This document shows positions 24,775-36,746 of a DNA stretch of 64,000 nt, piece after piece (the stretch's first letter is position 1; the number at the start of each line of letters is the position of its first letter). Under the pieces are notes generated by a model, which was not told where the DNA came from, did no database searches, and saw nothing but the letters and a program-made list of their open reading frames with translations. Source of the DNA: Botryllus schlosseri (taxonomy: Eukaryota); contig CM119372.1 of assembly GCA_051294905.1 (NCBI GenBank), positions 25,608,001-25,672,000 of the forward strand, given 5' to 3'. The position numbers and the translations under genes were made by a program.

Positions 24775-25446
24775 CTATTTTGAAAACTGTACGAGTAAGG
24801 TTCTTTCGAATTCCAGTAAGTTTTTCATTTCTTGATCTAATCTGCAATCCCTTTCCTTGTCTTTTTGGAAAGCTTCAAAAATGTCTGAAGCAGCCGGGTC
24901 AGTGAACAAGGAAGCACTGACATCATCCATGTGTTCATCGGAATTAGGGATATCTAGATCGGAATCAATCGAATTGCATTTCTCTTCTACGTGTTTCATA
25001 TCAGTGGAAATGGCGATGCGTCGTTCGTCGAAGTTTTTGACATTTTCGCCTATTGTCATTTGATCAAAATACAGCTCGTAGGCCCTTTGAAAGAGCTGTG
25101 ATTCATAACGACACTGTTGTTCCCACAGACTCTCCTCGCCTTTAGCGTTGTCGATGAGATCTTCTTCCTGTTGTAGTATATGATCTAGTTGCGATTTCAT
25201 CGCTTCGATGGTGTCCATTCGTTCGCGTATATCTCCGGTGTTGCAGTTAATGTAGTTTATCCAAATCTTTAGCGTTTCTTGCGCTTTCCTGCATCGACAC
25301 TGCTCGTCATCGTATTTCGAGCCGAACTGATCCGCCTTCGATTGGATGCAAGAATTAGCCCGCCTGTGGCCGTATATGATATCAACGTTGTGCTTCTTTT
25401 GGTCTCTAAGACGTTGCAACGATTCGCGAACGACTGATTCATTCAT
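24775..25446 (-). CDS. Intronless 223-aa predicted coiled-coil protein, function unknown (weak resemblance to CCDC172)
   Basis: Longest non-TE ORF in the window. ATG at 25446 (MNESVVRESLQRL...), stop at 24775. E/Q/K/R-rich heptad-like composition, no TE motifs. An upstream spliced extension cannot be excluded. Confidence 0.65.
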   Translation of the reverse strand: MNESVVRESLQRLRDQKKHNVDIIYGHRRANSCIQSKADQFGSKYDDEQCRCRKAQETLKIWINYINCNTGDIRERMDTIEAMKSQLDHILQQEEDLIDNAKGEESLWEQQCRYESQLFQRAYELYFDQMTIGENVKNFDERRIAISTDMKHVEEKCNSIDSDLDIPNSDEHMDDVSASLFTDPAASDIFEAFQKDKERDCRLDQEMKNLLEFERTLLVQFSK

Positions 25447-27914
25447 TATGGAGATTATAAAATCTATCCAGAACGCGACAAAATCATACACTTTACATCA
25501 GAGGTAGCAATTACATAGCTATAGTAAATCGCGAGGTCTTTTCAGCAGACCGCGCAGCAATACTAATCATAGGTTATATTGGGCGAAACGGGCGATATTG
25601 ACATTCATGCTTTGCATGAAAAAACACAGACATTTGAATTGAAATGAATAATCTGGTGAAATATATGAGATTAGGACGAAAAATAGGCTTCACAATCAAA
25701 GATACCGGCTATCGTTACTTAGTTTCAATGTACGATGCACCTATGCGACGGCACGTTAAACAGACCATATTACACAATCTTGTGAAGTAGGCGATCGAAT
25801 GATTCTCAATATTAGTTCTTGTTAACTCAAATATCCCTATATAAGCGTCAAGCTAAACCCGCAGCTCGAGTAACTATTGCACTGTTGTTTATGCATGAAA
25901 ATGAAGCGCAGTATAGGCTGTGGCTACAGTAGGCACTGAGGCGAATGCATAACTTATACTCCCAAGAATAGAGAAAGTCGGTCCATGCGAATTTAAGGTG
26001 ATATAATGAAGGATTTGAATATCAATTCATTCCAGTGCAAGTTTTATTTGAACCTCAGTAAACATGTTAAAACTGAGCCTCCGCGAAAACTACCGGTACC
26101 GCACCGTATGATATAATCAGCGATGAGTTCAACGCCAACAACGCAATATCCATTTGGAAATGGATACCAAAATCGAAAACTACATTAATGTTAACAATTA
26201 TTGCTACTTTTTCAGATCAGATGAACATAACCGACCAGAGGGATAATACGAAACCTTGCTCTGACTCAGCTTTTTATTCATGACGATTTCTAAGATTCAA
26301 GGTGTATGTAAAGTGATTGTGACGCAATAATTTGAAGTTGGAATCACTGAGCTGTACTAATGACTGTGACAGTGACAGATATGATCAATTGAAAACGGGG
26401 ATGGTCGCCGGAAAATGTATGGATCAGAGATAAGATGGTCATTCATTTTGATTAATTATGTAACTTTCCGAAGTATTTCGGCCAGTACACCAGATTTGGA
26501 TTTAGTGTTCATAGGATTACGATTATCGGATTTGGACTCGGATTCGAAACTCAATAGAAATCGTGATGACTTTTCCTGTAATCGTGAGTATTCGTAATTA
26601 CTTTTCAATGTAGTTCCCATCGTCATTTGCTGTTTCAGCAGTGACTATAATCTAGGGCAGGGGTTCTCAACTTCCGTTGTATAACGGGCCGCATTTCAAC
26701 AGTTAATGACGCTGCGGGCCGCAGAACATTATTACCATGTATTTTTGGGCTACTAATAAATTTGGGCTTCTGTAGCCTATCTACCAATCGTATACGGGCA
26801 TTTAGGACATTTTTATGAATTCTAAAGCATTGATGGACGGCGTTCGTAAGTTTGCAGTTGCTGTTTTTTGTGAGAATAAGTATCTTCCAGCGGCGCAAGT
26901 AACTCCCTTCATGGAGCGTGCATTGCATTCATGGAGCGTGCAAGTCGTTATATGCACCTTCGAACTCTTCCACTAGAAAACCAAACTCTCTGTTTCAATG
27001 CGTGGGCGAGCAAGCATTAAATTACTGTCACTTTTTCGGTACTGAGGCAATTATCACTTCAAGCTCGCAAATATATGAGAAGAAGTCTGGCGTTCGGTGT
27101 CATTTCTGAGCAAACCAATCAACCCTTCTCCTTTCATTCCATAGTGACAAAAGTCAGCTCTATCAAGTTGATGTTTTTCGCTGGTCCCTCCCCACTTTTG
27201 CCCCGCCAGCATTTCGTCTGCAAATATGCTTCCTCTGATAAATGTACCCAGATAATTAGCTCTGTAATGTATGTGGAGCCAGTGGATTAGTCCAATGCGA
27301 GGCTAGAGTAGTCTCCGCGGCAACGTGTTTCAGAACATGCGGTAAAAGATCGACTGACATTGCTGTTACTCATCTGGTCACGGTTGAATCAGACAACTGT
27401 AGCGTCGAAATTTGTCAGGTGATGTTGTCCTTGGCGCTAAGCGCAGGAAACAGCGAATATTCCCACAGTATAATAAAGTTTAATTGAAATACACCTTCTC
27501 TAGCAGATTTCTTCGGTTTAGGGTTATTCCAATCAATTTTGAACGATGCGCATGCAACGTCGTCGGCAATTTTAACAATGTCTCGAAATTTGAATTGCTT
27601 GGTTTGACACCTAGGTAGCAGCGTTTTTTCTAAGATCAGGTGATATGTACAACTCCAGAAGAAACTGTCGTGGTATCATTGTAAGCTTCGACCCTTCTGT
27701 ACTACAAGTGTTCTTCGACAAATATGACACATTGGTTTCCGCTTATATCCGAGAAAGCAAATTAATTGTTGCGCGCAGAGTTACAAACCCAGTTTTCGAC
27801 GTTTAATGTCCCGTTCCCTTTTCTTGTTTCTGTTCAAATCATTCGCGGTGAGTGAAACACTCTATAAAAGTGTACTACGAAGCGGGGTCCCCTTGAACCA
27901 GAGTCCAGCCGAAT

Positions 27915-30716
27915 AGAGAGAGAGAGAGAGAGAGTTCTTTTATTCGTCAACCATGAAATATAGTAAAGGCAATGTCCACAAACATTCACGTCCAATAGTA
28001 TACATTTTAAAAATTTTCCTAGCTATAATTTACACGGTATAGACTGGGAGACCCGATATGACCGAAGTCTTCTAGGCCGGAGTCACCCAAGCATATTGGC
28101 AGTATTAATTATAATATGGATCAATTTTTTCTCTCAGTCAAGTAGCACCGCGAAGAGTAACGAAATAAACAAAAGTAAATAAAAGACAGCAACACTAGTG
28201 AAGGACGGTTACCATAGTTAACAGTGTGATCAGAAAATAACAATTTGACCCATGTACACAGTGGTAATATTATTGTAGCATATTAAATGAATCAAAACAA
28301 CAAACAACATCACTGTGATCATGAGATATTTTCTTCTTAGTACTTGGATAATATAAGTTTCCAATAGCGAGCTTTAAATGTATGATAAGGAAGAGTACGG
28401 TAGAAATTTGGTACATTGTTCCAAAATTTCACACCTATATAAGACAGGGAATTTCTTGACAGTCTTGATGAATTCAATTTAACAAATAGGGACTGATTCT
28501 GTGAGAATCTTGTGTTATAATGGTGAATTGAGCTGGGGCATTGAAAAAAGTTGTCGAAATATTCAGGTAATGTTCTTTCATTAAATTGTTTCATGATTTT
28601 TACAATTTCAAATTCATACAAATCCGAGACCTTGAGAATGCCCAATTTTCTAAATTCAGGACTGACACTGCTACGTGCAGGTATATTAGATATAATCCTA
28701 ATGGCTTTGTTTTGTAATACCTGGAGCTTGTTGATATGCTTCTTGTAAGAGCAGCCCCACACTGTTATTCCATATGTAAGATGGCAGTGGACGAGCGCAT
28801 GATAAACAGGTAGGAGAAGTGATATTGGAACCAGCTTCTTCAGGCGATAGAGTGCACCAATGCCACGAGATATTTTGCTTGCTATGTAGTTGATGTGATG
28901 GTCCCATACTAGATTATCATCAATAATAATACCTAGATACTTGACAGATTGACTGGTTTTAATCAAAGAGTCCTTTAGTTTGAATTCTGCGATCGCATTG
29001 TTGAGAGATCCTTTAGAGCAGTGGTTCCCAACCTTTTTCCATCCGCGTACCACTTCGAGGTTTTATGCAGTGCTCGCGTACCACCTACATAATTTACGCA
29101 CGAAGTAGGCGGTAAAAATGTTTTCACCATTTATGACGTCATAATCACGTTATTGACCTATGTGGGGTGTACCTAAATATTGGAGGATTTTGACTTGAAA
29201 GACTTTATTTTGAACAAATTTTGACTTAACCCACGCAAATTAGGTGTTTTCGCACAAAATGCTATAATTGCACTACTTATATTCAATTTTGGTACGGACT
29301 GTCTGTCCTTACGAAGCAGTATAGCCTGAAAAAGCCTTTTCGGCTTAAAACTAACAAATTTTGACGTAAAAAAAACTTTATTTTAACGATATCTGGCCCA
29401 GTAGTTGCACCACGTATTATAAAGGAGTTAATTAAAATTTGTTGTAGTACAACGAAAGATACTTTCTTATATTCTCGGGTAGAAATTGTCTGTCTTTACT
29501 AAGTAGCTTTCCAAGAATGGAGAAATAGCCTACCGTTTAACAGTAGTAGTTGTTGGTTGACAACAGTCAAACTGTGCGTACACTGCTGGTGACCCACCAT
29601 GGTGCTTCATTCTGACAATGTTGTCATACATCACAATTATTCATCATGCGCTTCTTGATAAAATATCCATGCAATGGCCAAGCAGTCTTGCTTCAATTAG
29701 GATATTGCGGTACGTTAAGGATATCACCATGTCAATTGTCAGCCAATTTGTTTCGTTTGACAATTTATGATCCACGATGAGCAGACAATGGGCCGCCTAC
29801 AACGGTAGGCCTATAAAGGCCTTCAAGCTTTAAAATATCAAATCTATGATACAAGCGAAATGGAGGGGTCAAAAATCTTTTGACTTTGTAAACAATTTTG
29901 ACCCTTTTTTGACTTAAAGCTCAATTTTGTAAAAAAAATAGCCCTACTAATAACAAATTCTATTAAACTAGGCATTATCAGCCCGGGTTGATGAGATGCA
30001 TGGAATTGTTTTTTCACCACTAGTCAAAAAACTTCAAAAACAAATACACCTGAACCAATAACTTCCTTCGATCGAAAAAAAAACAGAATCTACTCGCGTA
30101 CCACCTGGAAGACCTTCGCGTACCACTAGTGGTACGCGTACCACAGGTTGGGAACCACTGCTTTAGAGTCAAATACTAGAATTTTGGTTTTGAGGGGATT
30201 GATATGTAATTTATTCGAAGACACCCAATTGCTAACGGAGGCTAGTTCAGAGTTAGTATTGTCAATGGCAGATGCATAGTCAAATCCAGATGTGACAATA
30301 CTAGTATCATCTGCAAAGAGTGTGATATTTCCTGGGGAGGAGTAGACAATATCATTTATAAATATGTTGAATAATAGTGGCCCCAACACAGAGCCTTGTG
30401 GAACACCTGTAGTTACTGGTAGTTCCAATGACTTGATTGAATTGATTTCAACAAATTGGGATCGATTTCTCAGGTAGGAACTGAAAAGTTTTTTTGCAAT
30501 TCCACGAACACCGTAATACTCAAGTTTTTTTTATTAAGATAGTATGATCAACGGTGTTAAAAGCCTTTTTCAGGTCGAGAAATACTCCACATCCAGTTTG
30601 CTTCGCACTCAGTATATCATATAGTTTCGAGGTCATATGAATAACAGCTTGAGAGGTAGTATGATTCTGTCGAAATCCGAATTGGCATTGATTTAACAGT
30701 TTTTTGTAGCGATTCA
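27915..30716 (-). mobile_element. 5'-truncated CR1/L2-group LINE (RT and 3' UTR), interrupted by a MITE
   Basis: QFGFR, FLDLKKAF.TVDH, GVPQGSVLGPLLF, LFADD, KYLG, HHYNTR motifs. One frameshift in an A-run near 30530. 3' end AATAAAA + (TC)n at 27915-27945. Confidence 0.95.
29019..30160. mobile_element. hAT MITE (CAGTGGTTCCCAACC, CGCGTACCAC sub-terminal repeats) inside the LINE RT
   Basis: 15-bp perfect TIR, perfect TSD CTTTAGAG (29011-29018 / 30161-30168). Removing it restores the frame ...ILVFDSKGSLNNAI... Confidence 0.95.
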
Positions 30717-30952
30717 AAACAAGAACAATCTGAACTCGAGCGTAGGCCTATATCACGAATCCAGAACACATCAAAGAATGAGTATTCAAATGAAACAGAG
30801 ACGGTGCGATAAGAGAGCCAAGTAGCTAAATTGATATGTAACAATACCGTCCCCCTAATAATTGCGTTCATGATGAAAGATGTCGCGGGCCGCAAAAAGA
30901 ACGTCTGTGGGCCGCGGGTTGAGAACCCCTGATCTAGGGTTACCATATTTTG

Positions 30953-31770
30953 TCCTGGGTTTCCGATAATGGATGTAAAGAAGACAAATATGTGATTTTT
31001 TCAGATTCACTTAGTATGTTGAACACGATATCCAACCCTCTCACTGCGCCGACAGATATCTTCAACAAGTTTTTCCCCTTGCTTGAGCGGGTTACTGGAA
31101 GAGGTATAGAGGTAGAATTTGGATGGATTCCCAGTCACAAAGGTATCCATGGCAACGAGACCGCTGACCGCGAGGCAACATCCGCGGCTTTGTCTGGCCC
31201 CAATCGTCAGGTCCCTGAGGTGACCATCGCAGAAGCTAAGTCACTTGTCCGCCAATATTCGCGAACTCTCTGGCAGGAGCTGTACGCATGTGAAGATTAA
31301 GGGATGCATTTCAACTAAATTCCCGTCAAAGCATGCATGTCGGCAATTCGAGGTCATCATGTTCCGTCTGCGCTCCGGCCATTGTAGGCTTAACGCCCAT
31401 TCGTTCAAAATAGGATGTTCAGATACTCCGCTATGTCTTCATTGTAATATCCGTCGACCGTCGACCATTTTCTACTGAATTGTGCAAGATATGATTTTCA
31501 ACGGTCATTTCTCATTGAGTCATGCCGTAATCATGACATCCCATTCACGACTTATAAGCTCTTGGTCCAGCCCGAGCTATTAACCCCTGTGGCTGAATTC
31601 GTGCTATCATGTCGTAGAATCCTTTAATTTTTGATTCGTATATAGCCGAGGTTGAATTACATTGCAAGGATACTTATACCAGGAGGTAATTTCAGACCGT
31701 GGTGCACCAGACCCTTAAGGGAGATAAGCGTCACTACAACTTTTAACCGTAACAATAATAATAATAGTAA
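30953..31770 (+). mobile_element. 3' fragment of an RNase H-containing non-LTR retrotransposon (I/Nimb-like)
   Basis: RNase H motifs IFSDSLS, WIPSHKGIHGNE.AD, then RLRSGH...C..C...H...C knuckle with frameshifts, and an (AAT)n tail at 31754-31770. The composite 30953-32971 is flanked by TSD ATATTTTG (30945-30952 / 32972-32979). Confidence 0.9.
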
Positions 31771-32070
31771 TCGGAAGGCCTTGAATGCACCACTGGACTA
31801 AAATTACACTTATGAATCACAGCATAATTTCTGTAATTTCGATTCTTCATCTTCAATCATCTCTACCTCTGCTCTGTAACCCTTGCCAATTCTTCATCTG
31901 CTGCAATTCTGTAATCTGACTTCTCCGTGTATTGCATAGGAATAACAATTTGAATGTATTACTGAAATTTTAAAAATTTACTCCAATCTCGCCATTTTCC
32001 TTTGGGGGCAGGTTGCTCCCCAGATTATGTGTGTATCTACCAGTTTTACTGTGAATAAAGAATATAATAA
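31771..32070 (+). mobile_element. Short 5'-truncated R4/Dong-type copy (ORF end + 3' UTR)
   Basis: Near-identical direct repeat of 32676-32973. Begins in RKALNAPLD* and ends GTGAATAAAGAATATAATAA. Confidence 0.9.
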
Positions 32071-32971
32071 TCGCTTCCTACAAAATACTATCGCAAAAGA
32101 ATTCTGAAGCAAAACACGGACGGCAAATGCAGAATGTGCCACAACCAAAATGAAACTGTAGCACATCTCATGTCCGGCTGTGGTGCACTTGCAGCTACCG
32201 AATACACATGGAGACACAATAGGATGGGTCACTACATTAATTTAGAATTATGCAAACATTTTAAAGTCACCACTTCGACAAAAAATTGGTACGATTACAG
32301 CCCAGCACCAGTGACAGAAAACGAACAAGTAAAAATTCTGTGGGATGTACCAGTAATAACTGACCGCGAAATCAGGAGCAACCGCCCGGATATAATCGTC
32401 AAACTAAAAAAGAAAAGAGAATGCTTATTCATTGAACTGGCTGTCCCAGCTGATCACAACCTATTGCAAAAAGAATCAGAAAAACACTCCAAATACGCAA
32501 ACCTCAAAATGGAATGTGAGAAAATGTGGCGATGCAAAATAAACATTGTACCGATAGTCGTTGGCGCTACAGGGGTTGTAAGCAAAAAACTCATGAGACA
32601 TATCCAACAAATTCCGGGTAACGTTCGATTCGACATGATCCAAAACATCACATTATTGGGCACTGTGCACATTCTTCGGAAGGCCTTGAATGCACCACTG
32701 GACTAAAATTACACTTGTGAATCACAGCATGATTTCTGTAATTTCGATTCTTCATCTTCAATCATCTCTACCTCTGCTCTGTAACCCTTGCCAATTCTTC
32801 ATCTGCTGCAATTCTGTAATCTGACTTCTCCATGTATTGCATAGGAATAACAATTTGAATGTATTACTGAAATTTTAACAATTTACTCCAATCTCGCCAT
32901 TTTCCTTTGGGGACAGGTTGCTCCCCGGATTATGTGTGTATTTACCAGTTTTACTGTGAATAAATAATATA
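32071..32971 (+). mobile_element. 5'-truncated R4/Dong-clade non-LTR retrotransposon (CCHC knuckle + restriction-like endonuclease)
   Basis: Open frame 32071-32706: SLPTKYY..KCRMC...ETVAHLMSGC...RHN...LWD...RPDI...IELAVP...K..KY..L...VPIVVGATG. These are REL-type (PD-D/ExK) non-LTR motifs. Confidence 0.9.
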
Positions 32972-33393
32972 ATATTTTGGAATCGGGACAGGAGGACACT
33001 TCAAAATGTTCAAATTTAGAATACCGGAGGAAAATCCTGAATAAATGGTAAATTTTTCCCACTTCGTGGTCGGTTGACTAAAAAAGGCCGTCACTCTCGT
33101 TCGAACCACGAATTTCCTATTTAGCGTCATTTATGCCCATTTTCACTCGAATCTATCCACTATCGTAGCTCTAAATGCTGTAGAGGAGGACAAATTGCCA
33201 AAAAGTAGGACATTTAGGCGTCCTCTGAGGACATTTTCAAAAACCTGAAAAAAGAGGACAAATCCTCCTAAAGGAGGACGTATGGTAACCCTACTATAAT
33301 CACTCCATGTCTGATTTGGATTTGGGATATCCAGTTGTTATAAAGCATATTTCCACGGAGCGAGTGAATGTGCTAGCTATAATGTATTATCGG

Positions 33394-36300
33394 TAGGGTT
33401 ACCATGTCCTCCTTTATGAGATTTTTCCTCCTTTTTCAAGAAATCGAAAATGTCCTCTTTTTTGAAAATTCGTCCTCCTTTACAGCTTTGAAAGCTAGGC
33501 TAATGGACTGCATGGGTAAACTGAAAATCGCCATAAATGACGCGAAATACGTAATGCGGGCGTTCGAGCGATGACGATTCGGCAGTCGAGTCGGAGTGAT
33601 GACCCTGTTTTCTAGTCAACACCACAGAAGTATCGTTAAAAGTGGGTAATTGAGTCGGATCAGAGTGATGGCCTTTTTTTACTCAACACAACAAGATTTC
33701 CAGTAAATATTTCGAAATAGGCTGTTTTCAATTTCGGTGCTACATCGGGAATTTACCATTGGCTGCAATACTTCACCAACCGTCAGACAACCAATACCGA
33801 TTTGGACCCAGCTTCGCCAACCGTTGGACAAAATACATAACAGTTTTGGACCGACACTCTACTTGTTATTAATCATCTAAAAGGTTTGGTGCTAATATAT
33901 TTCAATATATGCTACTGTATAATCGCTATTGTAGCGCTCTTCGCCGACATAATTGGATCAAGCCAGTGTTGCGTGACGCAAATCGAACAGCGCGAACGCA
34001 TAAGTATCTCCATTCACTGACAAGATAACATGGATATTTGGGTCAACTCGGAATCATGACGAATAAGAATAGTTTCCCACTGATCAGAAAGTGTAACTCA
34101 ATATCGACCAACGAGACGGCATCAATTCTGCAAACCCCGAAGGGTAAACAAATTAGTTTGATTCATACAAATATCAGAGGATTGCAATCTAATTCCCACC
34201 ATGATGATTTAAAAGACCTTATCGTTGACCTGAAGTTACCTACCCTCGTAGCAATTTCAGAAATAAAGCTCTCAACCAAGCCCACTCAAAACATTGATAT
34301 ATCGGGCTACAACTTCGAGTATACCCCGGCACCGAAGTCAAAGAAATCTTACGGAGGTGTTGGTCTTTACATTGAAGAAAAAATTCCTTACGAAATTTGC
34401 ACGGACAACGATCTGAATGTCAACGATTGTGAAGAGTTATGGCTGGAAGTTGATCACCCAATTGGAATCCACAAATCTTTTCTTGGCCGTATTATGCCGT
34501 CATCCCACGAAAAACATAAACCAATTCGCAAAAGCGTTGGAGCACTCACTGGACAAAGTCAACAGCGACAAAAAGATGTGTTTCATTGCGGCAGATATTA
34601 ACATAAACCTTCTAAAACACAAAGGCAACGCATACTCCAACGCCGTCAAATCCGCCGGTCTCTGCCAAATGATCACCGAGCCTACACGCATAACCGACAA
34701 GTCAAGGACTTTGATCGACCACATATATACCAACTCGCGCGACATGGAAATCATTCCATTTGTCATTTCGGCAAAAATCAGTGACCACAACCATACTGGT
34801 TTTCTATCACAAGAACAACAAAGGATACCCCCCGAACCATACCACCTCTGCAGACGACGAGAGTTAGTGGACGAAGAAGCGCTCGATGATGCCGCATTCA
34901 ATCAATTTAAGACATCGGCCATCCCCTACATCTCGATAAACAACTTTGACGAAAAATTTGTAGAGTTTATGTCTGCTATCAAACCACTGCTGGAACAATT
35001 TGCACCTCTACAGTGCCTTTCGAGAAGTCAACGAAAATTGAAGCGAAATCCGTGGATGACCACAAAGCTGATTCAACTTATCCATAAACGTAACCGGCGG
35101 CATAACCGAATAGACACCAAGAACTGCCCAGAACATGAACGAGAAAGATTTCGACGTTTCAGGAATCGCACCGTGCATCTCATTTCCAAGACAAAAGCAA
35201 AGTACAATGAGAGATTTTTCAACAGACACATAAAGGACACTCGAAAAACATGGTCAGGACTTAATTCTCTCCTAAATCGAAAAAAGGCCATAAGTCTGTT
35301 TCGGAAATTGTGAATTCGGAAACCGGAAACAACCTTTCAGACCCGGCGGCCATCGCGAATCACTTCAATGAATATTTTTGTAACGTAGGCCCAAATATTG
35401 CTTCTTCTATTGCAAAACCTGTGTCGGCCAGGTCAGAGGTGAGCTCGATATCCTAGTCGATTGTGCTTGAACCTACGACCAAATACGAAGTAGAAGTAGC
35501 CATCCACAAACTGAAATCGCACAAGGCCGACGGCTATGACCAAATACCATCATGGTTTTTAAAAATGATAAGCCTGCATATCGGTCAATATATGGCCCAT
35601 TTTTTCAACTTCATGATAGAAAATGGAGTCTACCCAAGCTATCTAAAAAAAGCCAGAGTAGTCCCTGTACACAAGTCCATGAGTGGACGCACAGAACAAC
35701 CTTTGCATAAACGCCTCGAAATCGCAATTGCTGACAGTATATTCAAAAAATAACCTAACCGTTAATATCGCTGGTCAGCTTGTTTCCAACACAGATAATG
35801 CCAAATATCTCGGGGTTTTACTGGATTCGAACATGTCCTGGAAGAGTCATATTCAGTCCCTAGAAACTAAATTATCACCGAAGTGCGGCCTGTTCTACAG
35901 CCTTAGGCGCTTCTTGCCAGCATGGGTTCTTCTGATACTCTTTAAATCCTTAATCCAATCGAAGTTACATTATGGCATCCTCTGTTGGGGGGCTGCCAGT
36001 AAAACTGCACTCAAGCCACTGCAAAAACTTACAGCATAAAGTACTCCGAATCATAGCTAGGGCCCCAAAGGGGCCTGGCTCCAAGAAGTCGCTGCTGAAG
36101 AGATTCGGCGTCCTAAACATAGAAGATATGCGGAAACTAGAAATCGCCAAGTTTGTGTATCAGTTCCACTGCGGTCGTTGCCCCGAATATTTCAATGACT
36201 TCTTTACCTCGGAATCAAAAGCGCACAAGTACAACACACGCGCGTCCACGTCGTCCAAATATCATATGATCGACCGAAAAGATCATCGCTCTATCAAACT

Positions 36301-36746
36301 TGCCGGACCTGATGTGTGGAACAGTATCCCGCCGGCCATCCGACAGTCGACGAGCATGTCCACATTCAAGTCGAAATACAAGCAATTACTATTAAATAAA
36401 TACAGTCCATGCACACAATATTACCGGACCACGACTGACCTATCGATCTCGCTTCCCATGACATGCCGCCCTATTCCTTGTGGCTTTCTTTTTCTATACT
36501 GTCCTCTTTACTTTCATTCAGTGTGCATGCCTCCTCTTTACATCGCCTAGGCCAAGGTGGGTGTCAGATTCCATAGACTATACTCCTTGTCGCTTCGACA
36601 TCTTCCTGTCTTTTCATTGTAACGCATTTTTTGTGGTGCATTGAGCTGATAAAATTGCTAATAAACCAATGATGATGATGATAAACCAACTTGTATGATT
36701 TGATAAAAGTGTCCCCCTTTCCCGACTCCAAAATATGGTAACCCAA
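33394..36746. mobile_element. TAGGGTTACCA-family MITE (opposite orientation to 26653-33293) interrupted by a LINE
   Basis: TIR TAGGGTTACCAT / ATGGTAACCCAA. TSD ATTATCGG / ATTAATGG (6/8). Confidence 0.7.
33745..36682 (+). mobile_element. CR1/L2-group LINE ORF2 pseudogene: APE endonuclease + RT with internal deletion
   Basis: APE motifs HTNIRGL, AISE, GGVGLYI, ADININLL, PTRIT..SRTLIDHI, ISDH. RT start KARVVPVHK, then KYLG and HKYNTR. 3' AATAAA + (ATG)n tail at 36660-36682. 5' boundary approximate. Confidence 0.92.

Larger units (their letters stand above)
26658..30931 (-). mobile_element. Defective hAT transposon (SPIN/GTF2IRD2-like transposase remnant)
   Basis: TIR CAGGGGTTCTCAAC / GTTGAGAACCCCTG, perfect TSD ATCTAGGG (26650-26657 / 30932-30939). 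- strand remnants YSSLALD*STG..ITELIIWV (cf. FSLALDESTD) near 27240-27311 and REFGFLVEEFEGAYNDL. Confidence 0.88.
26653..33293. mobile_element. TAGGGTTACCA-family MITE acting as host of a nested TE stack
   Basis: Perfect TSD CTATAATC (26645-26652 / 33294-33301). Right TIR TATGGTAACCCTA. The left end reconstructs to TAGGGTTACCATATTTTGGAATCGGG, matching the uninterrupted end at 36722-36746. Confidence 0.85.

Noticed and set aside
28337..29053. 238-aa ORF as a host gene
   Set aside because: It is the LINE RT C-terminus, and its apparent N-terminus comes from the inserted MITE's TIR.
31771..32973. Paired ~300-bp direct repeats as LTRs
   Set aside because: No TG...CA ends, PBS or PPT. The repeat is the ORF end plus 3' UTR of a non-LTR REL element.
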